The notes: generated from the letters alone by a model not told the origin. DNA of 55,008 nucleotides from Lophium mytilinum (GCA_010093605.1 MU004187.1:2160882-2215889), one strand, 5' to 3'; counted from the stretch's first letter, positions 12,003-25,603 are shown. A program made the numbers and translations.

Positions 12003-12783
12003 CGTCGGATGGCGGTATTCCAGGAGGTGATGTTGGGAGCTTGGGAGACATTAGGCAGCGAGGGCGCAGTGAGCTACCACTTTAACATGTCGTAGATTCA
12101 CGTTCTTGGGTCGTCGGAAATATGTACGAGGACAGGTTCTAGTAAGCGCGCAATGTTGTTGGTTTACTTTTGACGTGTATAGCTCCTTTGATGATGCCGA
12201 AGGACGACTGCCAAGACATTCGGATTTATCGGCACCAATTGTCCCGATGGATTCTGTCCAACGAGACTCGACCTCAGATTTCATCAACCTCACACGATGC
12301 CTTGCCGAGTATGTGCTTTCCTGCTAGCACACCTTGGCATATCCTCCTTTCGAGTTGTGCTGTATCAATCATCAATGCTGCGTCGCCTTAGTCTTCTTAG
12401 CCTTTGGGCATGGGGACTAATAACATCTATTCTACCCGAATCCTGTACGCACACTTTTATACGGGAAATCAAAGATAACTTTTCAGAGATGGCTGTACGC
12501 AGGATTGGTACGGCCCAACGTCAATCAGAGATCACTTTGAAAGCCCGCAAAACTGGGTTGAGTTATTACATCTGGGTGTTCATCTCAACATTTTCTCGTA
12601 CGCAGTCGGGCGGAAGAGCTTGCCATCCATTGTTGTGAATGAGTTCGGCCGGCACCTCGACCGGTATTGGTCCAGGGCTGTTGAGTAAAGCGATTACATG
12701 CAAACGTGTTTTGGCCATGGAAAGCTACACCAGGATAACAGACCCAGCAGAACAAGAGCCAACTAAAACTACTACAGCCGTTC

Positions 12784-15568
12784 TCACCATTCCGCTGACT
12801 CCCCGCTGAAGGTCAGGCTGGGTGGCAGATCATTTTCCGCGGTCCCCCAGTCACTTTCCGTGGAACCCAACTCCAACTCTAGCACCCCTCCATCCAAGAA
12901 GAAGCCGTGGGTCAGGTAGTTGCGGGTATACGGCTGCCCGTCAAGCTTTGCGCTCTGAATGTAGATATTCTTCCCATCCGGGTCGAAGTTTGTCGAAGAT
13001 ATTTTTGCCGTCTTCCCAGTCTGCGGATTTGTGAAAGACACTGACTTGAAGAACGGAGGAGTAATGAAGTACACATTTTGGCCTAGTACGGTCAAAATAA
13101 TCCCTCGATAGCATTGCCATAGCTGATCTACTTACCGGGGTTCGGAAAGACGCCCAGCATGGTTAGAGTCGAAAAGGAGCCCATTGCGCCACTGTCGTCG
13201 TTCCCTGGCTGAAACTTGTTAGCAATACGGACTAGGCGTTTGCAGACATTCACTTACGATGCCGGCGATAGTGTCATTGAATTGGCTTGGAATGTAGAAC
13301 CGTGTTCTCGCGGCGGACAATCCAGGCCGTCCGGCATAGTGGTAGAGGTATACTAGCAGAAATGCTTGCTCATCGCCGATGTAAAGAAGTCCGCTTTCGT
13401 GGATGAAGTCCAAGCGCTTAGCAAACGTATCAGGGCCGCCTAATGTTGCGATAAGTTCAGCCATGTCTCCGGGAGCGAAGAATGTGTACATCCAACTGCT
13501 TCCTTCATACGTCTCGTGGCCATTTGGATTCAAATAACAGCTCGTAAAGTTGAGCAAAGGCGAACAGAATATTGGATCTTGGTATCCCCATGTCCCGTTT
13601 AGGAATTTCGATTGCAGAAACCCGACGAAGCCAGTATCGGTGCCATTGATGGAAGAAGTTTCGTCCTCTTTATACATGTTCTTCCAATTTCTTGATCGTT
13701 GAGAATATTTTTGGTAATCTTCCACACTCCCTAGACCACCTTTGGCCATTTCTGCGATACAGAAGTCATTGTAGGCATACTCGACCGTTCGAGAGATGCT
13801 GCGGGTGCGAGCGCCGGAGTTGAGGTCGAAGTCATCAGTCGGGATATACCCAAGATGCTTCCAGCTTTCGATGCCTCCCCGGCCTTCGACGGCCCAATTC
13901 AGTGGCTCGTCTTCGGCATCAGACACGACAGCCTGGTATGCAGTGGCCCAGTCCACGCCCTCAGTAATATTCTTCAGGTATGCATCCGCGAGCACAATGT
14001 CGGCATTGGAACCACCCTTTAGGCAATTAGCGAAATCTATGTAAAGGGGATAGCGCCTGTCATACCTGGGTAAACCCTTTGCACAGGCTCATGCGACAAT
14101 CGGGCAACTTTCCCTCATGGCGATAAATATCTATCAGGCTTCTGACCATGAGTGTTTGCGAGTGTGGGTCCAATAGCGTGATCAGGGGATGAATGCTACG
14201 GAATGAGTCCCAGATGCAGTAATAAGAATCATAGTACGGTTCATCGCTCTGCCACAATGGGTTTTCTCCTGTGTAGTCTGGATTGAAAAGTTATGTTTCC
14301 TTGCTAGTTTAAAGGTAACTCGAATTATTCGTACCTTGCGGGCTGATCATACTTCGGTAGACTCCGCTCCAGAAAGTTGTCTGAAGCTCCTCACTTACAC
14401 CTGCAGCGTCGATCTCGATGACACTCAATTTTGCGTCCCAGGCGTGTTCAGCGACGCTCAAAGTGCGGTTAAAATCGAAATCAGAAATCTCTTTCTCTGC
14501 ATTTCCGCAGGCTTGTGCCACGCTTATAAAGCTGACCCCTACGCGGACGAGAATTTGGCCATTTGAATCCGGTGCGTGGAATCTCGTCCATGCTCCGGCA
14601 GCTAAAGGCAAGGATAATCAGCAGATATCCATTGAATAGGGAAAGAAGCGATTACGTAGAATCTGGGGTGAGACGTTGACCCCATCCTCTTGAACGAAGA
14701 GCGATCTCTCAATTCCAGCGCGATTATTACTGAAAACGCCAGTATCACGAACAGTAGCACCTGAGAAATCGGCACAGAAATGTACTGTGTACTGGCCAAT
14801 TCCGAATGACGGCGAATATGTCCCGTTTCCCGAGAGACGACCAGTGACAGGATCAACTTCAACGTGGCCTTTGATTCTTGAATTCGGAAGATCTGCCAAA
14901 TCGACCAAGATCAGTGGGCTTAAGGTCGTGTCGGGGTCAAGAGGCTCGGTAGGGAAAGTGAACCTATAGAGTGCGGTATGGTTCGAAACAGTCATTTCGG
15001 CATGGATCGAACTGTTTAGCGTGAGCGCAAAGTATCCTGGGTGCGCCTCAACCGTCCCATTGATGAGCCCGGTAGCTCTATCGGCTCTATTTAAATTTAG
15101 CAAACAAGATTCTGAAACTCATTATCTTGAAATTTACTTAGTATAAGCGCAATTGTTGATGTCATCGCCCGGACATCCTGCGTGTGGAAAGATAGGAAAG
15201 TTGCCGAGCGAAGGAGACTATAGACAGATCAGTGTTCAGACTGCCATGTAGACTTCGATATGGCGCCTACGCCTCCCGTCCCTGAATCATGCATATGAGA
15301 GAATCCCATGATAGGACTCCCATCTGAGGCAAAGCCACCTTGATTTTCACCTCCATTGGTATCAGCACCTGCTTTTGCCATACCGAAAGGCAGTGTTGCG
15401 CCAGGGAAGACATGTCCTGACAATCAATCAATTCACACGTACTTCCTACTCGCCATGTTGCTTACCACCGTTTGTCGTTCCGATGAGAGGGTTTATTGGT
15501 TTTTGCGCATTGGTTCCCACCGACGAGAGCAGACAGAAGAGCCCCAAAGAGCGCCACGAGAATGTCAT
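12784..15568 (-). CDS. Secreted glycoside hydrolase family 92 (putative alpha-1,2-mannosidase), multi-exon
   Basis: Signal peptide MTFSWRSLGLFCLLSSVGTNA from ATG 15568, then INPLIGTTNG/GHVFPGATLPFGMAK, GFSHMHDSGTGG, YYDSYYCIWDSFRS, TQGGSNAD, SRTVEYAYNDF, YEGSSWMY, GNDDSGAMGSF and NIYIQSAKLDG. Several short GT..AG introns. Confidence 0.93.
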
Positions 15569-16299
15569 TCTGCTGTTCTTCAAAGTGATCGATAAAGTGA
15601 TGGCCAGGAAGTCCGGATCGATGTTGATGGAGAATGAAGGTCTCGGCGACGATCAAGAACCCCGCTCCGTCTTAGTACATCCATACTGGGCAGGCGCGAA
15701 GTTTGTGATGCTGTTCATACAGAAATTCCATATGAAATTAGTGATGCAACTATAGCTAGGATGTAACGGGAGTGGCTGCGGGGTACTCTAGCGTGATAGT
15801 AGGAATGAGGGGCATAATAGTGCCAAGGGCAATCAGGTGTACCCGGTATAATGACTGACTCGACTCAGTTGGACGTCGCTGTAACTACGGTCACTGCAGC
15901 GGCGGTCGAAGACTTGGACGGCTTTTGGAGAACATGGTTCTGTCTATAAATATTTCTGCAAGCCAATATCGGAGATCCTGGATTATTAATAGGCGAGATT
16001 GGTGGACTGGTAACAAAGCTAATATTGAAATTATAAAGATGTTGTTGGAATTGGAAGTCTCGTAAGTACTCGGGCCTTATTTGTCGGGTGCAAAACAGCG
16101 TGCATTTCTTGGCAAAGGTCCCTGCAACACACACGTTAATTTGTATAAGGAACGTCGGGATCCTACCTAGAGAACTTAATTTTTTTACCGCATCTTAACG
16201 CCGCCTAACTTAATAATTAGTAAGGCTATTAATACTATTATAGAGGCTATATACTAACTTTTTCTAGTATAGTAGATTAAGAATTATATATTACTATAA

Positions 16300-17375
16300 G
16301 CGCTAGGTCTACTAGTAGTAATTAATACTTTATTACCGCCCGTTAATATATATAAATTATATAACTTCTTTAACTATTATAGCGCCCTAAGGCTATTATA
16401 TATAAGGTTAGAGTTAGTATTAAAACTATTTATAATATTAAGAAGAATTTAATACTCTATAGAACTTCTATAAGGCCGCGTTAACTATATATAGAATAAC
16501 TATATAAGCTCTTATAGATAGATAAAAATATGCTCTTTAAGTAGCTAAAGGTAGAAGAATAGTATAATTAAGATAAAATAGCTACCTAGCTTAATAAGGA
16601 GCGTAGTATTAATATTTCTTAGTCTACTATCTTCTAGATAATAAAGTAACGTAGTTAGAGTAGAAAGGTAGTAAAGTATAAGTTATTAAGGGTAAGTAAA
16701 AAGCTATAGCTTAGTTACCTAGTAGAGCTCTCTAAGTATAAGGCTAATAATTTTATCTTTCTAGATAAATCTATCTTTAATAAGAAGACTAGTTAGCGCT
16801 ACTATATATATATATCTATTAGTAATTCTATATACTACTAGAGTAATATAATAAGAGGTAAGATATAGAGTATATATATAGTAATAAGCTAGAAGGGCTA
16901 GCTACTATATATAGGCGTGTAAGAAGAATACTTTAATAGTAATAAGTTCTATAGCTAAATTATTAACTACCTACTACTAGCGCTATAGTAGGTATTTAAT
17001 AGTAGATTTAAGGTAATTATAATAGATAATCTAGGTATATATACTAATAACTGCGTTATAGAGGCTATAGAGGCCTAGAACTATCTAGTATACTATCTTC
17101 TACTATACTCTTTTAACTTTAATTCTATTAAGTTAACCTTTATAATACTTAAGGCCTAGATTTACTATAACTACTACTATAAGCGCTATTACTATTTAAA
17201 CTTTAGTACTTTCTTACGGGCAGTAATTAAGTAGAGTTACTATAATAGGTTTACTACCTGCTAGTTCTAGTATATAGCTAGTAGAATATATATAGTAAAA
17301 AAGTATATTATATAGATATATATAAAGCTAGATATATATAAAAGAAAAGATACTAATATTTAAATTAAAAAGAAG
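16300..17375 (+). pseudogene. RIP-inactivated IS630/Tc1-mariner (DDE_3, DD34E) transposase
   Basis: De-RIP reading: HTH region ..VDISQSTIFRMMKRRGWSRK.., FIFLDES (~16755-16772), VIIMDN (GAT 17025) and YLLPYS.DFN.IE (codon at 17130), with 34 codons between D and E. Ends are approximate and no TIR pair was found in the window. Confidence 0.82.
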
Positions 17376-17579
17376 TAGGCTAAAAAGTAGGCTAAAAAGT
17401 ATATAGTTATATAGCCTTTCTATTTAATATATACTCTATATATAGTATTACTATTTTAGTATTACTATTTTAGTATTACTATTTTTATATACTATCTAAG
17501 CTAAAACTTAAGTATTAGCGCTAGCGGATAATCTATAGCTTATATATTAGTATAGGGTAAAGTTATATAGTAAAGCTTA

Positions 17580-18560
17580 ATAGCTATTATTTATTTTTTC
17601 TATATATTCTTACTTTTCTCTTAATTTTCTTCTTTCTTTAAACTCTATATACTATTAATTACTACCTCTATAATACTATAGCTAATAATACTATAGCTAA
17701 TAATACTAGTAATTAGGGCTCTATTTCTAGCCTAATTAATAATATTCTTATAGAGCCCTCCCCCTCTCTATCTCTTACTACGCACCTCTTTAGAACCGCA
17801 TACCTCTTTAGGCCCCTTAGAGTTTACCTAGATTCTCTAGTAATATAAATAGTAGTAGCTAGGCCGCTCTCTACTAAAAAGAAGATAATAGGCGTTTAAG
17901 CTAATAATAAGGCGCTAGAAGCTTTCTCTAGTAAAAGTCTAAAGAATTCTAGCTCTTAGAGGCTTTATATAGTATATAGTAGGCCTATATACCCCCTTTC
18001 TACTTTTACTATTAGTAGAGATATCTATAATATATTTAACTAGAAAAAGAATAAGAATAAAAATAAAAATAAAGAAGAGAGAACTAATTTCCCTCTACTA
18101 TATATAATTTCTAGTATAGTAGCTTAAAAATATAGCTAACCTATTTATATAGAAAGTACCGCGCTTACTATCTACTCTCTTCTCTTACTATTACTATTAT
18201 TTTAGGCCTACTAACTCTCTTTTAGTATACTAATAACCTTACTACTACTCTTAGCTTCTCTACTATTACTATAGCCCTCTAAGAGTACTTCTACTGCGCT
18301 AAGCTTACCTATATAGAGCTTATTAATAGCTAATATAGCTAGAATTAGGCGGGCCTAGCCTATAGTATATACCTAGAGTACGCCTAGAATATATCTATAG
18401 GGGGCTATTATTAGTATAATATTAATTTCTATACTAATAATAATCTAGATAGTAAATATAGTATATATAGGGTTAGAAGTAAGTACTATATATAGGTTAA
18501 TACTATAGAAGATATAGTAGTATTTAAGCGGGCTCTAAAGCCTAGGGCTAGTTATACTAG
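17580..18560 (-). pseudogene. RIP-degraded ORF with a possible Cys-rich (zinc-cluster-like) N-terminus
   Basis: Minus strand 18500-18390 can be de-RIPed to CGAC..P..HCPDCHRCGNRC....GPC, followed by Gly/Glu-rich sequence and a pyrimidine-rich intron-like stretch. The cysteines depend on TAT/TAC>TGT/TGC reversal, so this is tentative. Confidence 0.3.
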
Positions 18561-18764
18561 AAGAAAAAAGTAGAGAATTAAGCCTATTTAACTATATACT
18601 TAGAAACTATAACTATAACTTTAAAAGTTTATTACTACTAATTAATATTTCTATATATTTAGTACGCGGATATAAATATACGCGTTTAAACATGTAATTT
18701 AGCTATCTATTTATATAATTTAGACTTATATTTACTAAGATATAATAAAGTAATATATTTTATT

Positions 18765-19251
18765 TCTATATAGCCTTTCTATTTTATATATACTCTATAT
18801 AGTATCTAACTTAAGGCTTAAGTATTAGTAGTAAGAATCTTATTTTAATATTTTATAGCTTAAGTATTAGTAGTAAGAATCTTATTTTAATATTTTAAGG
18901 CTTAAATATTAGCGTAGGGTAAATTTCCTCTACGCTANNNNNNNNNNTTTTATATATACTTTATATATAATCTAATCTATAGCTTAAGTATTAGTAGTAA
19001 GAATCTAATTTTAATATTTTAAGGCTTAAGTATTAGTATAGGGGAAATTTCCTCTATACTAATACTTAAGCCTTAAAATAAGATTCTTACTACTAATACT
19101 TAAGCTATAAAATATTAAGATATATTTTTATATTTTATCTATACTAATACTTAAGCCCTATATTATAATAGCTCTAGTTTAAAATAGAAATACTAAAATA
19201 GAAAGGCTATATAGCCTATATAATAGATAGAAAGGCTATATAATTATATAC
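18765..19251. repeat. Tandem ~41-bp units arranged as a palindrome/foldback around an assembly gap
   Basis: Unit GCTTAAGTATTAGTAGTAAGAATCTTATTTTAATATTTTA is repeated at 18816-18900 and 18982-19025 and inverted at 19060-19160. A spacerless palindrome TATTTTAAGGCTTAAGTATTAGTATAGGGGAAA|TTTCCTCTATACTAATACTTAAGCCTTAAAATA is centred on 19047/19048, with a second centre at ~18924. A related motif lies at 17399-17560. Confidence 0.85.
18938..18947. other. Assembly gap (10 N)
   Basis: Run of n characters. Confidence 1.
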
Positions 19252-19622
19252 TCTATATCTACTCTATATACTACTATTCTCCCTCTAGAATAAAGCCTTC
19301 TCTATACGCGTTTATATATATATCTACTAGATTTACTAGATTCTTTACAACTTATATAGTTCTATAGAAGTCTTTAAACCTATAGATCTTATCTATAAAC
19401 TTTATAGCTATTCTATCTAGTATTTCTCTACTAGTAGCTATTTTATATACCTTAGAGAACCTATTCTCTATCTCTTAAAGAAACTCTAAGGTTTAGGCCT
19501 ACTATAAGTAGATACCGGCGGCCTTAACCTATATTACTTGCGCTATTTAGTTAATTATATTATCTATTTTCTACTAGAAGAAAGCCTTTATTAGTTTAGT
19601 ATTATCTATACCCGGCGCTATA

Positions 19623-20857
19623 TATTAGAAATTTCTAAATTAAAAAATGCGCGGAGAATACTAGTTACTTATATAACCTTCTAGAAGACTATATATTTTA
19701 CTACTCTATAGGCTTTATACTACTCTATAGGCTTTATACTACTCTATAAAAGTTTACCTACTTTTTATATAAAATTTACATGTAGGCTGCGTAAATAATT
19801 CTTAATTATAGATAATCTAGTATTATAGGTAATTATTATAGTTAATAACTACTTTATAGTTCTTATAAATATAGCTATCTACCTCCTCTATCTAACCTTC
19901 TAAAACCGCCTAATCTACCTAGGTTATAGATAAATAGATAATAATATAGATAGGGCCTTATATACTAAATATATAATTATTATATATAGTAGAAAATTTA
20001 AAGTTATACTAGTATATCTAGTTATTTCTTCTTACTACCTCTACTAGGGCTTTATAGTCTATAGTAACTTTATATATATTATAGACTTTATATATTATAT
20101 AGATAGTAATACCTATATATATTTCTAAGAATTATATAACTATTACTAACCTTAATAATTTTAATATTCTAGTAGACTATTAGAGCTAGTAATACGTGCG
20201 CTAGATATCTAGGCTAGAGAATAGCACGTAATATATATATTATATATTAGATAGTAGACTATATAGTAATTTAAAATATATCTAATTACAGTATATATAT
20301 TATAAAATAGAAAGATAATACTAAGTATAAGATAGAGCCTACTTATACCCTATTTACTAATTCTATACTACTATTTCTTATCCCTAATACTCTTAAGCAA
20401 CTTAATAACTAGCTATAGGCTTTTTTCTCTAGAATTCTATACCTTAATATAGGCAGCTATAAACTTTTAATATTAGTTCTTATTAATATAATTATAGTAT
20501 TATTTTTATACTAGCTATATTTATCTTTCTTTATATAAAACTACTACTTAAATTATATAAATAAGAGATTAAAAGGGCACTACTTCTAGTAGTTCTTTAT
20601 TTTAATACTCTTCTTAGCCTCCCTATAAATTAGAGCTAAGTAGTATAAGTTATTATTAATAAGAGGCTCTATATTATTAATCTTATTATTCTATAGTTAA
20701 TATAATTAGTATATTATACTTTAGCTCTCTACCTTATATAATTATCTATACTATCTATAATATCTAATAAAGTATTTCTAAGGGGGGGGCTAGATAGAAT
20801 TAAATATAGTAAGAATAAGTATCTAGAGTTAAATAGTTATACTTTACTCTTAATGCG
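19623..20857 (+). mobile_element. Left end of the outer (older) copy of the giant Plavaka-type transposon, interrupted by the Gypsy element
   Basis: Colinear with 25604-26820, starting at the same terminal sequence TATTAG(A/G)AATTTCTAAATT. It resumes at 54705. Confidence 0.92.
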
Positions 20858-21093
20858 TGTTACGTTATTTCTTAGTATTCTCTTAGTAGTTATTAAGGTT
20901 AGGGGTTATTATATGCACGGACGTTATATAATCTCTAGGCTAAGGGTTCTTCCGGCGCCTAAGGTTCTGCCGGCGCCCGGGGTTCTACCGGCGCGTACTT
21001 AACTATATAGTAGGCTTATAGCTAGAGCCTCTCTTCTCTCTATATAACCTTATTAATAGAAATATAATTCTTTTCTTAGCTATAAATTTAATA
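20858..21093 (+). repeat. 5' LTR
   Basis: Starts TGTTAC and ends TAATA (RIP of ..AACA). Matches 54464-54699 without indels and contains three ~18-bp GGTTCT.CCGGCGC units. Confidence 0.95.
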
Positions 21094-21256
21094 CTAGGTT
21101 GCGTTATTCTTTAAAACCTAGAAATATAGAAACCTTAATTTCTTTTTATATAGCTATACTACTATACGCACACGCACCTATATAGGTGCTGCTAGCTTTA
21201 AGATTTAGCTATATAATTACTTAATTACTAACCTTAAAACTAATACGTTTTCTTTT

Positions 21257-21288
<32 letters not shown>
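21257..21288 (+). repeat. (CTTA)8 microsatellite in the retroelement 5' leader
   Basis: Read directly from the sequence. Confidence 0.9.
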
Positions 21289-21365
21289 AATACTCTCTTT
21301 TTATTTTCTATACTATATAAAGCCTAGGCCTTACTATAAATAACTAGGTATAACTAACTACCTTA

Positions 21366-23305
21366 ATAATACGCCCGGTGGGTAACTCTATAACTCTAAT
21401 ATTCTATAAAGTAAGGAGGGGGTTAGTTACTAGAATATTAAGAAGATATAGAATAATACTTAGGGTAATATCTTTAAAGAAGTAGATAAGAAAGTACTAC
21501 TAGTAAACCTTAACCGCTTAGCCTTATATATAAAGAATTAATAAAACCGTCTAACTAAGTAGTGTAAGCGTATTAGTAAGCTACTTAATATAGCTATAGT
21601 AGAGGCGCTTAATACCTAGAACTTCTATACTATTAAAGTAGACTTCTAAAATACTAAAAGCCCTATTACCTTTAACTTTCTTCTAGATTTATATAATATT
21701 AAGAACCTAACTATAAAGCTAGAAGGCACTATATTCTAGAGCTTATTTAAGTTCTATTAATAGGTAAACTCTAAGCTACTTAAAGCCTTTAAACTACTAC
21801 GCGCGCTAGTTAAAAGCACTAATATCTATATTAATAACTATAGTACTAGCTTAGAGAAATAGAAATATATATCTATAAACCTTTATAAGAAGTTTAATAA
21901 TATAAATAAGAAACTTAAAGACTTAAAGATCTAGCTTAATAACTTTAAGCTTAGCCTCTAGACTATATAAGCCTACGTATACAACCTCTAATAATAATAG
22001 TAATAGTCTAAACCTGCTAAGATAATATTTAAAGAACCCGTTTATTTTAATAATAATAAGCAGCGCGACAACAACGTTAACTATTAGCGGATAAACGGCG
22101 GGGCTAGAGAATAACCCCTAAGTAGGTCTAATAACTTTAGTTATAATAGCTATAATAATAATACCTATATAGAGCCTATATATACTTCTTCTACTTTATA
22201 TATAAACCTCTATAGCGGCGGTAACTAAGCCTGCCGCTCTACCTCTCTATATAATAAATAATTAGATAACTAATATTATAATAATAGCTACTATAATAGC
22301 TATACTCTACTATATACTTAGCTACTATTATTAGCGTCCTACTAGTGCACCTACTGCTAGCCGGACCTAGTTACATTTAATAGAGAGAACCTAGACGCAT
22401 ATTTAATCTAGCGCAGTAAGGTTCTTACTAAGATTTACTACGCCTTTTCTAATAAGATAGATAACTATAAGCTTAATTATATTAAGAGCGTTTTCTTAGG
22501 TAGACCTTTTAAGCGCATTTAGGTATACCGCTATAATTAGGTTATCTATAATAAGATTAACGCCCTCTATTCTCTAGATAATAGATATAGTAAATATAAT
22601 ATTAAGGCTAAGGCCCTAATATAGCTAGAAACTCTTTATATAGGTAATAATTTATTTACTATATTCTATAACTATTTTCTAGATATTACTAGTAACCTTA
22701 ACTAGAGGGCTACTAAGCTTATCTATTAGTTTAAGACACGTCTTATACTATATCTATAATCTAAGCTTATTAATAGAGTAATATATAATTACTTTAATAA
22801 CTTTATATAATATATCTATACTATAGATATATAAAATATAGCCTTCTAGTAAGCTAAGAAGTATAATACTCTTATCTTCTAGCCCTATTAGGTTATAGCA
22901 TTAACTACGCCTACTTAATTAACTCGCAGCTATGGCCGCGGCTATAGCGGCTACTTATCTACGCCTACTATAGGTACTAATACTATAACTATAACTATAA
23001 TAACTTTTTCTATAACTTTATTAACTACTCTACGTGCACCTACTATTATAGCCGCGGCTAGTATAGAATAATACTTACGCGCTATAAATCTAGTAGATAA
23101 ACTAGTATATATCTAGAGTATTAGTAAGCTTACTAAAGCTAATAAGAAGAGAACACGCGTAGTAGGCGCTTACAACCGCTGCCGCTATATTAGTTATTAC
23201 GTAGTAGATAATAACTACCCTTTTTAAAACTTCTCTATCTAGATAACTAGCGGCCTTTCTCTACGCGCTACTAATACTATATTTTCCGGCTAGAAAAATA
23301 AGTAG
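21366..23305 (+). pseudogene. gag: Gypsy gag (RIP-degraded)
   Basis: Lies between the 5' LTR and the protease. Zinc-knuckle-like GACNRCRHIGH..DCP at ~23164-23221, ending in SGQENE* at ~23305 with an A-rich possible -1 frameshift site. Start is approximate. Confidence 0.65.
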
Positions 23306-25603
23306 TTCTTAAGTATAGTTACGCCTAAGAACCTATTATAATTAATTATAAACCTACCCTATTATCTACCCTATTATTAACCCTGTTATTAACTCTATTA
23401 TCTTCCCTCTATTCTATACTAACTTTCTCTAAATATAGTAACTTAGTTTCTACTAATAACCTTCTAGAACTATAAAGAAAGAACTAGAAACTATATAAAA
23501 GCTACTATAGGGGTACTAAATATAGAATACCTAAAAAGTACTAAATAAAGAAGGTAGTAGAACCTCTACTCTAGTTTAATACCCCTTTCTAGCTATAAGA
23601 GGTGCTAGAGTATATTAAGAATAATAAGAGCTAGCTAGAACTTTATATTTCCGCTACGGCTATTATATATACTTAGCATAATATTATAAAGCTTTAGCTA
23701 AAGAAAGGTAGTTAGTACTTACTTTCTTATTCTATAGCCTTAGATAGTAATTAAATTATTTATACTTACTCTCTCTCTAATAATAGTATAATATCCTCTT
23801 TTATTAATTAATTATTTACGCGTAAATATAAAATCTATTATATTTCTCTTAATTCCCCTCGCCACCTAATATATATTAATAATTCTAACTTCTTATAATC
23901 TATTATATATATAGTAATTATTAATATTACTATAGGCTTCTATATAGAGTAACTAGTTTACTATATTATAGACCTAGGCTATATACCCGTAGTTCTTAGA
24001 ATAGATTAGTATAAAACCTATAATCTAGAAATTAACTTTATTAAGAAAAGCTTCTACTTCTATTAATTATAATACTATAATCTATACTACTATAGTAATG
24101 GCGTACCTATAAAGATTTTCTATAAGGGCGCTATATAACCCGCTAGGCTAGTTAAACTTTAGTCTATATTTCTATTTATAATATCTATTAGTTCTATAGA
24201 ATGCTATATTTACTGCGCTAAGCCTAAAGACCTTATTTAGATCTATAGGCCGGAGTTTATTTCTATACTAAATAACTTCTTATTTAATATACCTGTAATA
24301 GGACACGTTATAAGCGTTCTAAAAGGGGACGGTATACTTAAGCTCTACGCCTTATTAGTTAATAAATATAATAAGTTTATAAAGAAATAAAGAATATATT
24401 TATCTAATAAACTTTAGAAATAGTTAGATAAGTATTTCTATTCTTAGGTTAATATATAGTTATAATAAGAAGTAGAAAACCTACCTCTATACTATAACTA
24501 TAACTATATAATTCTTCTATAGCTAGACGCGCCACTACCTAAATATAAGACCCGAGTAGTATTAAAGAAAAAAAACTACATTATCTATAATAAACTCTAG
24601 AAGCTACTAGGTAATAGTTTTATTAAGAATAGTAACTCTTCTATGTACGCGCCCGTGCTTCTTATTAAGAAACTAGATAGAACCTACTAGTTCTGCGTTA
24701 ATTATTACGGTCTTAACGCTATTACTATAAAGAATTAATACCTAATTCTAATTATCTAGGAGACGCTTAACTACCTCTATAAGGCTAAATAGTATACTAA
24801 ATTAGATATTATTTCCGCCTTTAATCGCGTATATATTAAGCCTAGTAATAAATAGAAAACGGTGTTTATTATATAGTATAGAATATTCTAATCTAAAGTC
24901 TTAGAATTTAGTATATATAATAGCCCTAGTACCTTTTAAATATTTATTAATAATATATTACGTAAATATCTAGATAACTTCTATTTAGCTTATATAGATA
25001 ATATACTAGTATTTATAGATAGAACTAAAGAGAACTATATTACCTATATATAGAAAGTCCTAGACTAACTATATAAGGTAGGCCTCTTTCTTAATATTAA
25101 TAAGTATAAATTCCTTATTAAGTATATTAAATACCTTAGCCTTATTATTATAACTAAGGGCGTTAAAATAAATCTAGAGAAAGTTAAAGCTATTACTAAA
25201 TAGGCTACTTCTATATACCTTAAGAATATTTAGGCCTTTTTAGGCTTAGCTAACTTCTATAGGTAATTTATCTAAGGCTTTTTATAACTATATAAGCCGC
25301 TTACTAACCTCTTATAGAAGGGACTAGACGGGCGTATCTATTTTAAATAGATGTTAAGCTACTAAAAGGCCTTTAATAACCTTAAAATAGTATTTACTAC
25401 CGCGCCCTATCTTAAATACTTTAATTCTAATAGAAAATTACATATTAAAATAGATATATCTAACTATATAGCCGCGGGCGTATTCTTATAGCTATATAAT
25501 AATAGTATATAGTATCTAGTTACCTTTTACTTCTATAAGATAATACTAGCGGAGTATAACTATAAGATCTATAATAAAAAGTTACTTACTATTATTCTTA
25601 CCT
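23290..25603 (+). pseudogene. pol: Gypsy pol, 5' part: protease, reverse transcriptase, first part of RNase H
   Basis: De-RIP: LPDNGA..FID (~23773), PVVLGMDW, APVLLVKKPDG..RFCVDYRGLNAIT.KNRYPIP, KLDIISAFNRVRI, AY(M/I)DDIL (24988-25008), ETD.SD...AGVL.Q, NYEIYDKELLAII. Breaks at 25603. Confidence 0.92.

Noticed and set aside
364..16134. Numerous short overlapping or antisense ORFs in the track (e.g. 3861-4361, 11784-12095, 15375-15755, 15865-16134)
   Set aside because: They overlap better-supported genes or lie in intergenic DNA with no recognisable motifs.
18890..19060. Two separate palindrome centres (~18924 and 19047) as a genuine doubled structure
   Set aside because: They flank a 10-N gap and may be the same locus assembled twice, although they differ by a few transitions. 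This is unresolved without reads.
18800..19160. CRISPR-like array
   Set aside because: Eukaryotic context, and the units are adjacent tandem/inverted repeats without unique spacers.
21257..21288. TTAC repeats as a Starship target site or telomeric repeat
   Set aside because: It is a simple microsatellite inside the Gypsy leader, not at an element boundary and not TTAGGG.
23223..23230. TTTAAAC as the gag-pol slippery site
   Set aside because: Probably created by RIP from TTTCAAAAC. The gag frame continues to ~23305, where a more typical A-rich site lies.
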